This document shows, one piece after another, positions 1 to 10,015 of a DNA stretch of 64,000 nucleotides. Origin of the DNA: an uncultured virus (IMG/VR IMGVR_UViG_3300031867_000012) (taxonomy: Duplodnaviria > Heunggongvirae > Uroviricota > Caudoviricetes); IMG/VR virus record IMGVR_UViG_3300031867_000012. One strand, 5' to 3'. The stretch's first letter is position 1, and each line of letters opens with the position of its first letter. The position numbers and the translations under genes were made by a program. Under the pieces are notes generated by a model. The model did no database searches. It worked only from the letters and a program-made list of their open reading frames with translations, and had not been told where the DNA came from.

Positions 1-120
1 CCAGAAAAATATGTTCGTTATGAACATATGTGTAAGTTTATGAATGATATGATATGGGTAATGATATTCATTAATTTATTAGTAGTAGCATTTAAAGGAA
101 ATTTAACAATTAATTAATAT

Positions 121-549
121 ATGTTTGTAGATTATACACAAATACCAGATGTAGATTATTCAAAGCTTTATAAGACTTTTAATGATTTGGAGACAAATGA
201 TGAGATTTATGAGATTGATTTTATAGAATTGAAACTAATACCTATAAAAGTTGAGATAGTAGAGAAAAAGAGATCATCTTATAGAATTCATGATTTAAAT
301 AGATATGAAGTCTTATTTAATATTATTGATGAGAAAAATAGTATAACAAGAGTTAATGATGGAAATCAATATTTAAGTATTGCCAATATTAATTATAAAG
401 AAAGATTTTTTTGTACTGATAAAAGAATTGGAGAAGTTGTATTAGATATATTAAGACATAGAAATTCTTACCAATGGAGTTGTTTTTCTAATATATTTGG
501 TAATCCACTTGCAGGTAAGTTTGAACCTGCTCATATAAAATTATGCTAA
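121..549 (+). CDS. hypothetical protein
   Basis: 142-aa ORF, tightly packed with neighbours. Confidence 0.7.
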   Translation: MFVDYTQIPDVDYSKLYKTFNDLETNDEIYEIDFIELKLIPIKVEIVEKKRSSYRIHDLNRYEVLFNIIDEKNSITRVNDGNQYLSIANINYKERFFCTDKRIGEVVLDILRHRNSYQWSCFSNIFGNPLAGKFEPAHIKLC

Positions 550-555
550 TAAAAT

Positions 556-810
556 ATGAAGAAAATTTATTGTATTGAAAAATGGTGGTTAGAAGACCAG
601 GATATTCATAATAAGTTTAATAATAATTGTGAATTTTGGAATTGTATCGAAGAACCTTGGAAAATAGGCTGTTGGGATTTTGTAGAAGAATATGATGATG
701 AAGAAAGATTTAAAAATGATATTTTAAATACTATTAATAGAGGAGGAATTATTGGTAAAGTTTGGATTAAAGAAGAACCGGATAATTATAAAACATCAAT
801 AAAATTATGA
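556..810 (+). CDS. hypothetical protein
   Basis: 84-aa ORF, ATGA overlap with the next gene. Confidence 0.7.
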   Translation: MKKIYCIEKWWLEDQDIHNKFNNNCEFWNCIEEPWKIGCWDFVEEYDDEERFKNDILNTINRGGIIGKVWIKEEPDNYKTSIKL

Positions 811-1577
811 TAGAATCCGCACAAAAATATTATGATAGTTTAAATGGCAGTAAAGTTATTGCTGTTGATTTTGACAATACAGTATGTTTAGATGAATGGC
901 CTGAAGTTGGACCATTATTTGAAGATGCAATTAAAGTGTTGAAAGAATTAGTAAAAAATGGACATAAATTAATTCTTTATACACAACGAGGTGAACGATA
1001 TCCAATATGTTGTCCAGAATTAAAACAATTTCTTAAAGATCACCCAGAAAGAGATCATGTAAATGATACAGGATTTGTATTAAAACATGAAGCAGATATA
1101 TTAACAGATGCGATTAATATATTTAAAGATAATGGTATAGAAGTTTTTGATATAAATAGAAATTTAAAATGGGAGCAAACAACAGGTGATGATTCTCGTA
1201 AATTATTTGCAGATTATTTTATAGATGATCATAATGTTGGTATGAAATATAAAGTAATTGTCAATAAGAATAATGAATATTGTAAAGTATGTGATTGGGA
1301 ATTTATTGATAATTGGTTTGTTGAAGAAGGTCTTTATAAAGAAAGAGTATTGCGTAAAGATAATCAGATTTGGGCTTTAGGAAAAATATATAATTGTGTT
1401 TGTATTAAAGATAATTTCATGATGGCAAATGTAAATGTTTATCATAAAGTTGGTGATCAAACACGATGTCAAGAAATATTAAATAAAAATAATGAAGTCA
1501 TAGGTTACTATATTAAATATGATATATTTAGATATAGGTGTTTTGACTTTAATGAATATTATAGAATTATAAATTAA
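807..1577 (+). CDS. HAD-superfamily phosphatase
   Basis: HAD motif I IAVDFDNT, motif II LILYT, motif IV FIDD. Confidence 0.8.
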   Translation: MIESAQKYYDSLNGSKVIAVDFDNTVCLDEWPEVGPLFEDAIKVLKELVKNGHKLILYTQRGERYPICCPELKQFLKDHPERDHVNDTGFVLKHEADILTDAINIFKDNGIEVFDINRNLKWEQTTGDDSRKLFADYFIDDHNVGMKYKVIVNKNNEYCKVCDWEFIDNWFVEEGLYKERVLRKDNQIWALGKIYNCVCIKDNFMMANVNVYHKVGDQTRCQEILNKNNEVIGYYIKYDIFRYRCFDFNEYYRIIN

Positions 1578-1579
1578 TT

Positions 1580-2164
1580 ATGGGTAATACAGCATCTATT
1601 GTTGCTAGTGCTGTTGGTGGAAGTATAAGTGCTAATTTGTGTGGTTATATGTTACATGAAGATGATCAACATTACCAATCTATTCCACAAACATGCTATA
1701 TTAAACATTTCCCTGATAGAATATTATTTGATTTATATTATTTAGATACCCATACTAAATTTTGTGTTGGTGAATATAATTATGGATATTATGGTAAACG
1801 ATTAGCATTATATATGTATATCAGAGAATCTAATCCATTTTCATTCTTTAGAAAATATAATAAACACCGGCATATTGAAAGAGAAATTGACCAAGAATAT
1901 TGTAAAGAATATCCTGAATTTATTATAAATGAAAATAAAAGATTAGAACAAGAGGAAAGAAATTAGAAGAACAAGGAAAAAATAGAGCAAATTTTTATGT
2001 CATATAATATAAATAATTATCGATTAGTTAAATTTGAGCCAATACATGATAAAGATATGATAGGTGGTTGGCAATGTGATTTTACAAAATCAATAAGAAA
2101 ACTTCGAGAACAACAAAAATATGATGAGGTTTGGCAATTAATTAAAGAGAAAAATAATTGGTAA
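1580..2164 (+). CDS. hypothetical protein; standard-code stop at TAG 1964-1966, but the frame stays open to TAA 2162-2164
   Basis: 65 further sense codons follow the TAG and end just before the next ATG at 2170. Confidence 0.55.
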
Positions 2165-2169
2165 TAATT

Positions 2170-2376
2170 ATGGAAATAGATTTAGATAGGCCACAAACTG
2201 TTTATATTGTAAGAAATTTAGATGGTAGATATTGTTTACATTTTGATGAACCACATTTAGAAGAAAATGGTAGATTTCATTCGGCATCTGGACAATGGTC
2301 GGATTTGGAAGATTTTAGATGGTTTTTACATGGATTAAATAAAGGAGAATATTTGAAATATACATTAAATAATTAA
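2170..2376 (+). CDS. hypothetical protein
   Basis: ATG at 2170 preferred over the TTG at 2158. Confidence 0.6.
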   Translation: MEIDLDRPQTVYIVRNLDGRYCLHFDEPHLEENGRFHSASGQWSDLEDFRWFLHGLNKGEYLKYTLNN

Positions 2377-2380
2377 TAAT

Positions 2381-3175
2381 ATGGAATCAGTTAATAAAAT
2401 TTTAAAAGATATTCAATTTTGGGTATTTCAATTTAATCCTTATTGGGAAGATCCTGTAACTGAAAGTGAATTAGTAAAGAATTCATTAGAGACTTGTGAT
2501 TTAATTATTGCTTATTGTAATATTATTAAAGCTAAAAAGAATAAGCTTGGTAAGAAATATGATGAACACCCAAAGGATGTACAAGAAGCAATATCAAAAA
2601 TAATATCATTAGTATCTGATGGACGTGATTTATGGCATAAAGTGACTTATAAAAATGTTGGTGGTAATATGTTTGATAAAGATAAAACTCCTTATACAAG
2701 AGAATTTGATCACCATGTAAATAAGACCGGTTATCTTAGTTTTGAAGATACACCTATGATAAGATGCCAAGATATAATTGATGATTGTGAAAAATTAAAA
2801 GAAGCTATTAATTCACAAAAAGAAACAAAAAGGTTTAATAAATTTGTTGATAAAATTCTTTATTGGGAAAATTATGAATCAGGATCATGTGCAATTAGAA
2901 TAGATAAAATCAATAAAAATAAAGATGGAAAATATACTTTTGATGGTATATTAATAACATATGAAACAGTTAATGGTTCTTGTGGGGGTGATGGTTATAT
3001 AATATCAGAAGTAAATGATTATCCGTTTAAAGATCTTCCTTATTGTTATAAAGATTGGGATACCGAAGAAGATGTATATGAATCTTTAGATTGTGCAGAA
3101 ATAAAGAAACCAGAAGATTTATATAAAGATTTATGTAATATAACTGAAAATCTTTTTGAAAATTATTTTAATTAA
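2381..3175 (+). CDS. hypothetical protein
   Basis: 264-aa ORF. Confidence 0.8.
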   Translation: MESVNKILKDIQFWVFQFNPYWEDPVTESELVKNSLETCDLIIAYCNIIKAKKNKLGKKYDEHPKDVQEAISKIISLVSDGRDLWHKVTYKNVGGNMFDKDKTPYTREFDHHVNKTGYLSFEDTPMIRCQDIIDDCEKLKEAINSQKETKRFNKFVDKILYWENYESGSCAIRIDKINKNKDGKYTFDGILITYETVNGSCGGDGYIISEVNDYPFKDLPYCYKDWDTEEDVYESLDCAEIKKPEDLYKDLCNITENLFENYFN

Positions 3176-3323
3176 AGAATTAAGATGAATAAAGTAACAG
3201 AACAACAAAAATTAGAAGAAAGAATTAAAGAATATAAATCTATTATAGGGGATTTATATGAAGAAATACAATTATATGAAGGTTGGTTATCTGAAGCCAA
3301 AGAAGAATTAAATAATTTAAAAA

Positions 3324-3521
3324 ATGAGAACTAATTGTAGTAATTGTCCATATGGTGGATATGATTCATGTTCTGATATTTGTGATGGATGTATGGGAGA
3401 TCCTAATACTGGATTTGGTGGATTTTATGATCATAGAATAAATAAAGATTTTATGTCAGAAGAAGAACAAAATAAATATTATAGAGAAAATGAATACACA
3501 GAAGATGAATACGATGAATAA
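3324..3521 (+). CDS. small Cys-rich protein
   Basis: CxxC...C...CxxC pattern, 65 aa. Confidence 0.6.
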   Translation: MRTNCSNCPYGGYDSCSDICDGCMGDPNTGFGGFYDHRINKDFMSEEEQNKYYRENEYTEDEYDE

Positions 3522-3722
3522 AAATCCTCAACAAAGAATAAGTGGTATGTCTTGTCCTAATTGCCAAAATTTATACCAATATCTATGTATCAATTAATGA
3601 GTATGAATAGTATTTTTTGTCCGGTTTGTGGATTAAAATTAGATATGAATAAAAAATCATCTGAAAGGGCTAGAGAAATATTAAGAAAATTAGAAGAAGC
3701 AAAAAAAGAAATTAGAAAATAA
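3514..3722 (+). pseudogene. frameshifted zinc-ribbon protein (CPNC...CPVC)
   Basis: Frame 0 MNKNPQQRISGMSCPNCQN continues in the -1 frame as FIPISMYQLMSMNSIFCPVCGLKLDMN...IRK*; the junction is A AAT TTA at 3567-3573. Confidence 0.65.
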
Positions 3723-3728
3723 ATAATT

Positions 3729-3974
3729 ATGATTGATAAATATGTAATTATTAAATTAGAAGAAAAAGAATATGCAAAATCTTATGATGATATTAAAGAA
3801 GATAAATATCTCCATGCATTTAAATTATTAGATGGAAATCCATATCCATATAAAGATTGGACATATTCTTTAGATAGAGCTATTAAATTCCTTAGTAAAG
3901 ATGATGCCAAGTGTGTTTGTAATTTATTAAAGGTTAATACACCATACCCATTAAGAATTGAATTAATAAAATGA
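3729..3974 (+). CDS. hypothetical protein
   Basis: 81-aa ORF. Confidence 0.65.
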   Translation: MIDKYVIIKLEEKEYAKSYDDIKEDKYLHAFKLLDGNPYPYKDWTYSLDRAIKFLSKDDAKCVCNLLKVNTPYPLRIELIK

Positions 3975-4163
3975 TTAATTACTAAACTAAATTATATTTT
4001 TATATAAATATTAAATATAGTTTATATAATTTATGAATAAGATTATGGATGAGAAAATAGAATGGACTGATTATCCTTATATAGGATTAGGCGAGAAGCC
4101 AATAAATAAAAGTGGTCATATTATTACAGATGATCATTTAGAAAAATTATCTTATTAAATTGA

Positions 4164-4487
4164 ATGAAATCAATAATAGAATATTTAAATAAAGAATATT
4201 TAGAAGAACGTGGGGTTTTAGATATTATAGTAGAACAAAAGGGTGATGATATTGATGAACAATGGTTAAATGACGAAAAACCAGTAATGACAAAAGATGG
4301 TCGTCAAGTCATTATTACAAAAATAGATTATGATAAAGTTCCAAACATAATTAAAGGAAAAGTTAAATGGAATGAAAAATTATTAGATTATGAATGGAAT
4401 GATGAAGGAATTTGTACAAAAGCTTTAGATAGATTAGGTAATCCAAAGAAAGCAGATGAAGCAGATAAATTAGTAAAAGCACAATAA
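4164..4487 (+). CDS. hypothetical protein with CTS-like N-terminus
   Basis: Starts MKSIIEYLNKE; contains TKDGRQV motif. Confidence 0.7.
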   Translation: MKSIIEYLNKEYLEERGVLDIIVEQKGDDIDEQWLNDEKPVMTKDGRQVIITKIDYDKVPNIIKGKVKWNEKLLDYEWNDEGICTKALDRLGNPKKADEADKLVKAQ

Positions 4488-4489
4488 TT

Positions 4490-4843
4490 ATGAAATATGT
4501 AGATTTAAATGATTTACAATTAGCGTCATATAATGAACTAATTAGGTTAGAATTCTTAGAAAATAAAAGTAAAGAAGAATTAACTAAACATGAAAAAGAA
4601 TTGATTAGTGATAAGATATATGAAAGACTTGGTGATACATATTTATCGGAAGTATTAACATATGATGAAAATACTGGTAAAATGAAAGGCATATCATTTA
4701 ATTTTACTGAAGTAAATGCATTTAAAGAATTGATATTATTATTTGCATTATGTTATGTAAATGATATGAATTTTAATGAATATTTTAATTTAAAAATACG
4801 AGATAGAATGGATGAAATTAATAAATATAAATCAGATATCTAA
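4490..4843 (+). CDS. hypothetical protein
   Basis: 117-aa ORF. Confidence 0.7.
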   Translation: MKYVDLNDLQLASYNELIRLEFLENKSKEELTKHEKELISDKIYERLGDTYLSEVLTYDENTGKMKGISFNFTEVNAFKELILLFALCYVNDMNFNEYFNLKIRDRMDEINKYKSDI

Positions 4844-5028
4844 AACATTTGCAGAAAAATATTATAATAACTCATTTGATGATGTTATATATGATATTAT
4901 GGATTTTAATAGAAAATTAAGATCACCAGAAGAAATGGATGATTATGATGCTATAAAAGCATTTAAAGCAATACTTTCTTATTGTGGAATAAAACACGTA
5001 GATTTGAATAAATTTATTAAATTAAAAG

Positions 5029-5058
5029 TTGAATAAATTAACAAGTATATACTATATT
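5029..5058 (+). promoter_or_regulatory. putative phage promoter (TTGAAT-N18-TATATT)
   Basis: Recurrent motif, here upstream of the S1-like gene. Confidence 0.5.
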
Positions 5059-5126
5059 TAAAATATATTAATAAATAAAGAGATTTAATTAACATTTTTT
5101 ATTAACTTTTAAAAACTTAAAAATAC

Positions 5127-6230
5127 ATGAAGAATAATAAAAATACATCAACTAAGTTACTAAAGTATGAAGACATTGAAGGAAATATTTTTAATACAAT
5201 GTCAGATAAGGAAAGAATTCAGTATACAAAACGTGCTTATGCCCATATGAGTTTGGCTAAAGCAATGTCAGTATATTATGGAGAAGAAATTAGTAATGAA
5301 GTTAAAAATTCACCAACAGTTAATAATGTGGTTACTATAGAGTTAGGACAAGTATATGTTGGTGAAGTAGAAAAATTTAATAAAACATCTATTATATTTA
5401 CAATCCCAGGAGTAAAAGAAGAACTTTATTGTAATGAAAACTTTACATCATGTTCAGATGCTATTAATCAATATTTGGTAACACATAATAATAAGATGGC
5501 ATTTGAAGTTCGTGAAAAGAAAGATAATCGTTATTATGTAAGTGTTATTCATGGTTATTATAAACTTTGGTATGATAAGATCACGAAGATGATTGAAAGA
5601 ATGCAACCAATTAATGTTCATATTGATGAATTAGTTAAAGGTGGATATATTTGCCATACTAATATTGATGAACTTAATTCATTAACTGGTCGAAATTATA
5701 CACATTCAGTATTTATTCCTGGTTCTCATATCGTTCTTAATATTGAACATGATTTTGAAAAGTGGATTGGTGAAAATGTAGATATGATTCCACAGAAGTT
5801 TGTAGATTTCAAAACAATTGGATATGGTACTAATAAATTGATTGAGAAATCATTAGTAGGTTCACGTAAACTTGTACTTCAGAATATTGGTAATAAGAAT
5901 TTGTATGATATGTATAATGATCTACAAATGAAGTTGAAGTTAATAGAAAGTGGCAAGAATGTAAATATTGAAGATATAATTTATGATGGTACTGTAACAG
6001 GTATTATTAATTCTTCTAAGAAGACTGGTGCATTTGTTGAAATTGAAGGTAAGTATATTACTGGTCTTATGCCTACTGATTCAATGGATATATTTAATTA
6101 TAAGCCAGGAGATCATATAAAGATTAAGATTAAAGAATTTGAAGTACAGGAAGGAAAAGATGCCTTTATAGTTAATAAGAAAGGAAATATTATTAAGTGT
6201 AATACAAGACCGGTATTTGAATTGGCATAA
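5127..6230 (+). CDS. ribosomal protein S1-like multi-OB-fold RNA-binding protein
   Basis: Three S1-like repeats: VYVGEVEKF, LVKGGYI...VFIPGSHI...LVGSRK, YDGTVTGI...GAFVEIEG...GLMP. Confidence 0.7.
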   Translation: MKNNKNTSTKLLKYEDIEGNIFNTMSDKERIQYTKRAYAHMSLAKAMSVYYGEEISNEVKNSPTVNNVVTIELGQVYVGEVEKFNKTSIIFTIPGVKEELYCNENFTSCSDAINQYLVTHNNKMAFEVREKKDNRYYVSVIHGYYKLWYDKITKMIERMQPINVHIDELVKGGYICHTNIDELNSLTGRNYTHSVFIPGSHIVLNIEHDFEKWIGENVDMIPQKFVDFKTIGYGTNKLIEKSLVGSRKLVLQNIGNKNLYDMYNDLQMKLKLIESGKNVNIEDIIYDGTVTGIINSSKKTGAFVEIEGKYITGLMPTDSMDIFNYKPGDHIKIKIKEFEVQEGKDAFIVNKKGNIIKCNTRPVFELA

Positions 6231-6279
6231 ATACTTACAAAAATATAAGGACATTAGCCATATAATTATATATGGTATT

Positions 6280-6310
6280 TGGGAATCATTAATTTGGTTC
6301 CCATTTTTTA
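6280..6310 (+). terminator. intrinsic terminator
   Basis: TGGGAAT.../...GTTCCCA hairpin plus T tract after the S1-like gene. Confidence 0.6.
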
Positions 6311-6319
6311 TTTTAAAAA

Positions 6320-6347
6320 TTGAATTTTTGAATATATTGTCTATATT
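6320..6347 (+). promoter_or_regulatory. putative phage promoter (TTGAAT-N16-TATATT)
   Basis: Conserved motif repeated upstream of many operons. Confidence 0.7.
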
Positions 6348-6375
6348 AATATTGTAATTAATAATTCATTAAAAT

Positions 6376-6852
6376 ATGCATAACAATACAAAAATAACAC
6401 CGTTATCAAAATTTCCTACAGAAGTTATTCTTCATTTTTATCGTAAGAATAGACATTGCTTAACTAACTATAGAGCATTTGTTAAAAGATATAATTGGAA
6501 TACTAAAAAGAAAGAATTTTGGATTCCTTTTTATGGACCATTTGAAAAAGATGGCTATAAAGTAAACCATATGATAATTGGCTATACAAAATCTACTGGG
6601 GAGGAATGTCATAAATTGTTTACAAAAATTATGAGTAAACAAGATGCTCACTGGGATGAGGATGGATATTATTATGGATATAGTGAATGGCAATATGGAG
6701 ATGAAATGAATTTTAGATTTGAAGGAATGTATTGGGAAGGTACAATCAAACAAATCAAAGATGAATTAGATAAACGTGAGCATGTAGGTATCTTTAATAA
6801 TAAAGATTATCGAAAGTGGTTGATTAATTATAGAAAAAATAAGAAGAACTAA
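6376..6852 (+). CDS. hypothetical protein
   Basis: 158-aa ORF directly after a promoter. Confidence 0.7.
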   Translation: MHNNTKITPLSKFPTEVILHFYRKNRHCLTNYRAFVKRYNWNTKKKEFWIPFYGPFEKDGYKVNHMIIGYTKSTGEECHKLFTKIMSKQDAHWDEDGYYYGYSEWQYGDEMNFRFEGMYWEGTIKQIKDELDKREHVGIFNNKDYRKWLINYRKNKKN

Positions 6853-7346
6853 TGAAACAAGGTAATTCAATAGAAGAATATAATGATGCTTTCAGAAAGA
6901 ATTTTAAAGATAATTGGGAATCTGAAGTAAAACAATGTCAAAATTGGCTTGATGGGCATCGTAGCTATTTTAAAGTTGGATGGCTTGAAAGAATTGATGA
7001 TGAAAAATATGTTAAAGAACGATTAGAATATGCCCAAAAGATGTTGGATAACATAGAATATTATGTTCAGAGTCATTCTTACAGTTACAAGAAGTCACAA
7101 CCACAAAAAGATAATGATTTGAGTTTTATTGGTCATAGTCAAAGTTGGGCATATAGTTCAAAGATTAGAGTTCCAAAACTTAAACGTAAAACTGCATGGA
7201 AAAGATTTTATAAGATGTTTCCTGATTTGAAAGGAATGAAAGTTATTTCTGGAAAATCTTCATGTTATGCACCAGATAAAAATGGAGACATGAAACAAAC
7301 AATACAACATAAAAGTACAATTAAATTAAAGAAAGTAAAGAAATGA
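6852..7346 (+). CDS. hypothetical basic protein
   Basis: 164-aa ORF, overlapping stop/start with both neighbours. Confidence 0.7.
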   Translation: MKQGNSIEEYNDAFRKNFKDNWESEVKQCQNWLDGHRSYFKVGWLERIDDEKYVKERLEYAQKMLDNIEYYVQSHSYSYKKSQPQKDNDLSFIGHSQSWAYSSKIRVPKLKRKTAWKRFYKMFPDLKGMKVISGKSSCYAPDKNGDMKQTIQHKSTIKLKKVKK

Positions 7347-7612
7347 GACCACGTATAAACAAATTCGGAAAAATAACAAGAAAAGAACTTGATAGTTTTT
7401 TGATTGAAAATAAAGTATATGGATTTGTTGTTACTGTTGGTAAAGATGAAATAATATATACATATCATATAATGTTTCGCCATAATAAAAAAGACCCAGA
7501 AATGTTATATATTAAAGTATCATCAACATCTAAATTAGTTTTAGAGGCATGGATTAATAATGGTAAGAAATTTAATAATATTGATGAATTAAAAGAATAT
7601 ATAAAGATATGA
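7343..7612 (+). CDS. hypothetical protein
   Basis: 89-aa ORF, ATGA coupling. Confidence 0.65.
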   Translation: MRPRINKFGKITRKELDSFLIENKVYGFVVTVGKDEIIYTYHIMFRHNKKDPEMLYIKVSSTSKLVLEAWINNGKKFNNIDELKEYIKI

Positions 7613-7860
7613 GTAAAACTTATAGAAAACAGTATACTAAGAGTTTATTTCATAATGGTGAACATGGTCCTCATAATACTCTTTTAAGAGAATTTAAAGG
7701 TTTACGATGTGGTACTGTCAAAGCTGCACGTAATTTACTTGATAGACGTGATTACGAATCAGATCGTTTAGGAGGTTGGAGACGAATATCAAATAAAATT
7801 CGTCGTAATCATATCAAGAATGAAGTAAGAAATATTATTAATGAAGAACTAAATAATTAA
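7609..7860 (+). CDS. small Arg/Lys-rich protein
   Basis: Starts MSKTYRK; very basic, 83 aa. Confidence 0.65.
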   Translation: MSKTYRKQYTKSLFHNGEHGPHNTLLREFKGLRCGTVKAARNLLDRRDYESDRLGGWRRISNKIRRNHIKNEVRNIINEELNN

Positions 7861-7880
7861 AAATATAAAGATAAAGAATA

Positions 7881-8390
7881 ATGATGAATAATATTTATAA
7901 TACAAAAGTTAAACTCATTCGTGATATTTTTGATACTATTATGAGTGATGGTTATTTTGAATCAAAAGAAGATGCTATTAGTGTTTATACTAAAGATAAA
8001 TTTAAATATCAGATTTTTGTAAAGAAACTTGACATTAATAGAGATTTTCCAGATTTTAATGGTAATATTTTTATTGATTCTGTAGCTATTACACATGATG
8101 ATTATCATTTTGATGGGTGTTGTGATGCTGATGTTCGGGTGGCTATTCAGGATAGAAATATTGGTAAACGTATTGTATGTTGGGTTAATGAATTGAATTA
8201 TAAAGTTCTTCAAAGTCTTCATGATTATATTTTGGAAACATTTGAACCGGATTTAGATATTAAATATTATAATAAGCTAATTAGTGAAAGAAATAGTAAT
8301 TCTAATGGCGGTTCAAATATTAATGTTTCAAAAGATGCATTAGATTATATTTTAAAACAATTTAAAAGAGAAATTATAGATAAGAAGTGA
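7881..8390 (+). CDS. hypothetical protein
   Basis: 169-aa ORF. Confidence 0.7.
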   Translation: MMNNIYNTKVKLIRDIFDTIMSDGYFESKEDAISVYTKDKFKYQIFVKKLDINRDFPDFNGNIFIDSVAITHDDYHFDGCCDADVRVAIQDRNIGKRIVCWVNELNYKVLQSLHDYILETFEPDLDIKYYNKLISERNSNSNGGSNINVSKDALDYILKQFKREIIDKK

Positions 8391-8391
8391 T

Positions 8392-8637
8392 ATGAGTTGG
8401 AGTGTTAAGGAATTAGATAAGAATAAGACAGAACAAGCTATATCTAATGAAGAAATTAGATTAAATCAATGTAGAGTTAAGCTTCAGAGATTATCTGATG
8501 AATATGAAAAGATGAAAATACATCATCTTATTTTACAAGGAAGTTTAGAAGATCAAATTACTGGTATTCGTTTATCTATTGAAAGTGGAGAAAATTTTGT
8601 AAATGACTGTAAGGAACACCTAAAAGATTTTGATTAA
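8392..8637 (+). CDS. hypothetical coiled-coil protein
   Basis: 81-aa ORF with heptad-like pattern. Confidence 0.6.
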   Translation: MSWSVKELDKNKTEQAISNEEIRLNQCRVKLQRLSDEYEKMKIHHLILQGSLEDQITGIRLSIESGENFVNDCKEHLKDFD

Positions 8638-8638
8638 T

Positions 8639-9073
8639 ATGGAATATATTAAAGAAAGTTTGGTTAAAGATATGATGGATAAGTATGGTATGACCCAAAC
8701 CCAATTGGAGGAATTGAATGAAGTAATTAAAAAATACCATAATACAAAACTAGAAAATCCCAAATATTTTGAAGAACAAGAAGAAATTCATAAAGAAACT
8801 AATTGGTTGATCTATAAATATAATCAACTATTACAAGATGATAATATAAAAGAGAAAAATCAAGTACGTGAGTGGTTTTATGCTATGACCCAACCATTGA
8901 TTATTAATGGAGTACAATCATATAATTTTTTATATTGTGAAAGTATATTACCAGCAGAAAATTTAAAGGAGTTATATCATATTTCAGATGAAGATGATAA
9001 GAAATATAGGGAAAAATATAAGAATTTAGATTGGTTTGATATGATTAAAACTTCTTATTATGGAATTGATTAA
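8639..9073 (+). CDS. hypothetical protein
   Basis: ATG at 8639 directly after the previous stop. Confidence 0.65.
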   Translation: MEYIKESLVKDMMDKYGMTQTQLEELNEVIKKYHNTKLENPKYFEEQEEIHKETNWLIYKYNQLLQDDNIKEKNQVREWFYAMTQPLIINGVQSYNFLYCESILPAENLKELYHISDEDDKKYREKYKNLDWFDMIKTSYYGID

Positions 9074-9278
9074 AGCAAATTTAGATTATAAACCGGAAGT
9101 ATGGATAACTAAATGTAGAACTTGTGGATCAGAAATTGGATTTACTATGAACGATACACATTTGTATATTCATGGTGTAAATTGTGAAAAAGAATATTAT
9201 ATTCAATGCCCTTATTGTGGTGATTGGATAAAAACATATGTAAAACCAATTAAATATGATCCTTTAACTAAAAAGTAA
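9060..9278 (+). CDS. zinc-ribbon protein
   Basis: CRTC...CPYC. Confidence 0.65.
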   Translation: MELIKANLDYKPEVWITKCRTCGSEIGFTMNDTHLYIHGVNCEKEYYIQCPYCGDWIKTYVKPIKYDPLTKK

Positions 9279-9283
9279 TTATT

Positions 9284-9517
9284 ATGGGACTTAATTATGA
9301 AAATAAATTAGGATTTAAAGATCGTAATGGTGCGGATCTTAAATATGGTGATAAAGTCCTTGTAAGAGGATGGAATAGATTTTCAATAGCTCAGATTGTT
9401 GGGTTTACTGATAATTTTGTAGTATTAGTTTATTGTATAGGTTGTGGACAAAATTTTTGTAGAGCACCACATAATGTTGTAAAAGTAAAAGATATTGAAA
9501 CTTGGAAATATCTTTAA
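9284..9517 (+). CDS. small SH3/YopX-like protein
   Basis: DRNGADLKYGDKV motif. Confidence 0.55.
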   Translation: MGLNYENKLGFKDRNGADLKYGDKVLVRGWNRFSIAQIVGFTDNFVVLVYCIGCGQNFCRAPHNVVKVKDIETWKYL

Positions 9518-9523
9518 AATAAA

Positions 9524-9551
9524 TTGAATTTTTTAATCAATGTTCTATATT
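9524..9551 (+). promoter_or_regulatory. putative phage promoter (TTGAAT-N16-TATATT)
   Basis: Recurrent motif. Confidence 0.7.
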
Positions 9552-9579
9552 ATTAATGTAATTATTAAACATTAAAAAT

Positions 9580-9990
9580 ATGAGAAATTCAATTCACTAC
9601 AATGAGGTAAATGAAGTAATGAACTGTAAAGTTTCAGTAAAGAATCATATTGTTTCTGGTATGGGTGCAACAATGTATTGTGGTTCTGATAGTTATGCAA
9701 TGGTTGTTACTGATGTTGTTTCTCCTAAAACTATTAAAGTTGCCCATGTATATGATTGTGATGAAAATGTTTTCATTAATAAAGATGGTATTGATGTAAT
9801 GCCAGAGGTAACTTTGGAAAAGTATAAGAATATGAAAGACTGGTATCCTTGTTGTGGGCAGACATTTGGAGTAAAACTTCTATATACTCTTCGTAAGAAT
9901 GGTCGATGGATGCCTAAAGGTAAAGGAATGTGGGAGACTTGTTCTATTCATATTGGTTGTGCAGAAAACTTTAGAGATCCTTCTTTCTAA
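9580..9990 (+). CDS. hypothetical protein
   Basis: 136-aa ORF ending DPSF, with a hairpin over the stop. Confidence 0.75.
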   Translation: MRNSIHYNEVNEVMNCKVSVKNHIVSGMGATMYCGSDSYAMVVTDVVSPKTIKVAHVYDCDENVFINKDGIDVMPEVTLEKYKNMKDWYPCCGQTFGVKLLYTLRKNGRWMPKGKGMWETCSIHIGCAENFRDPSF

Positions 9991-10015
9991 AGGATCTCTT
10001 ATTTAATTATATATT

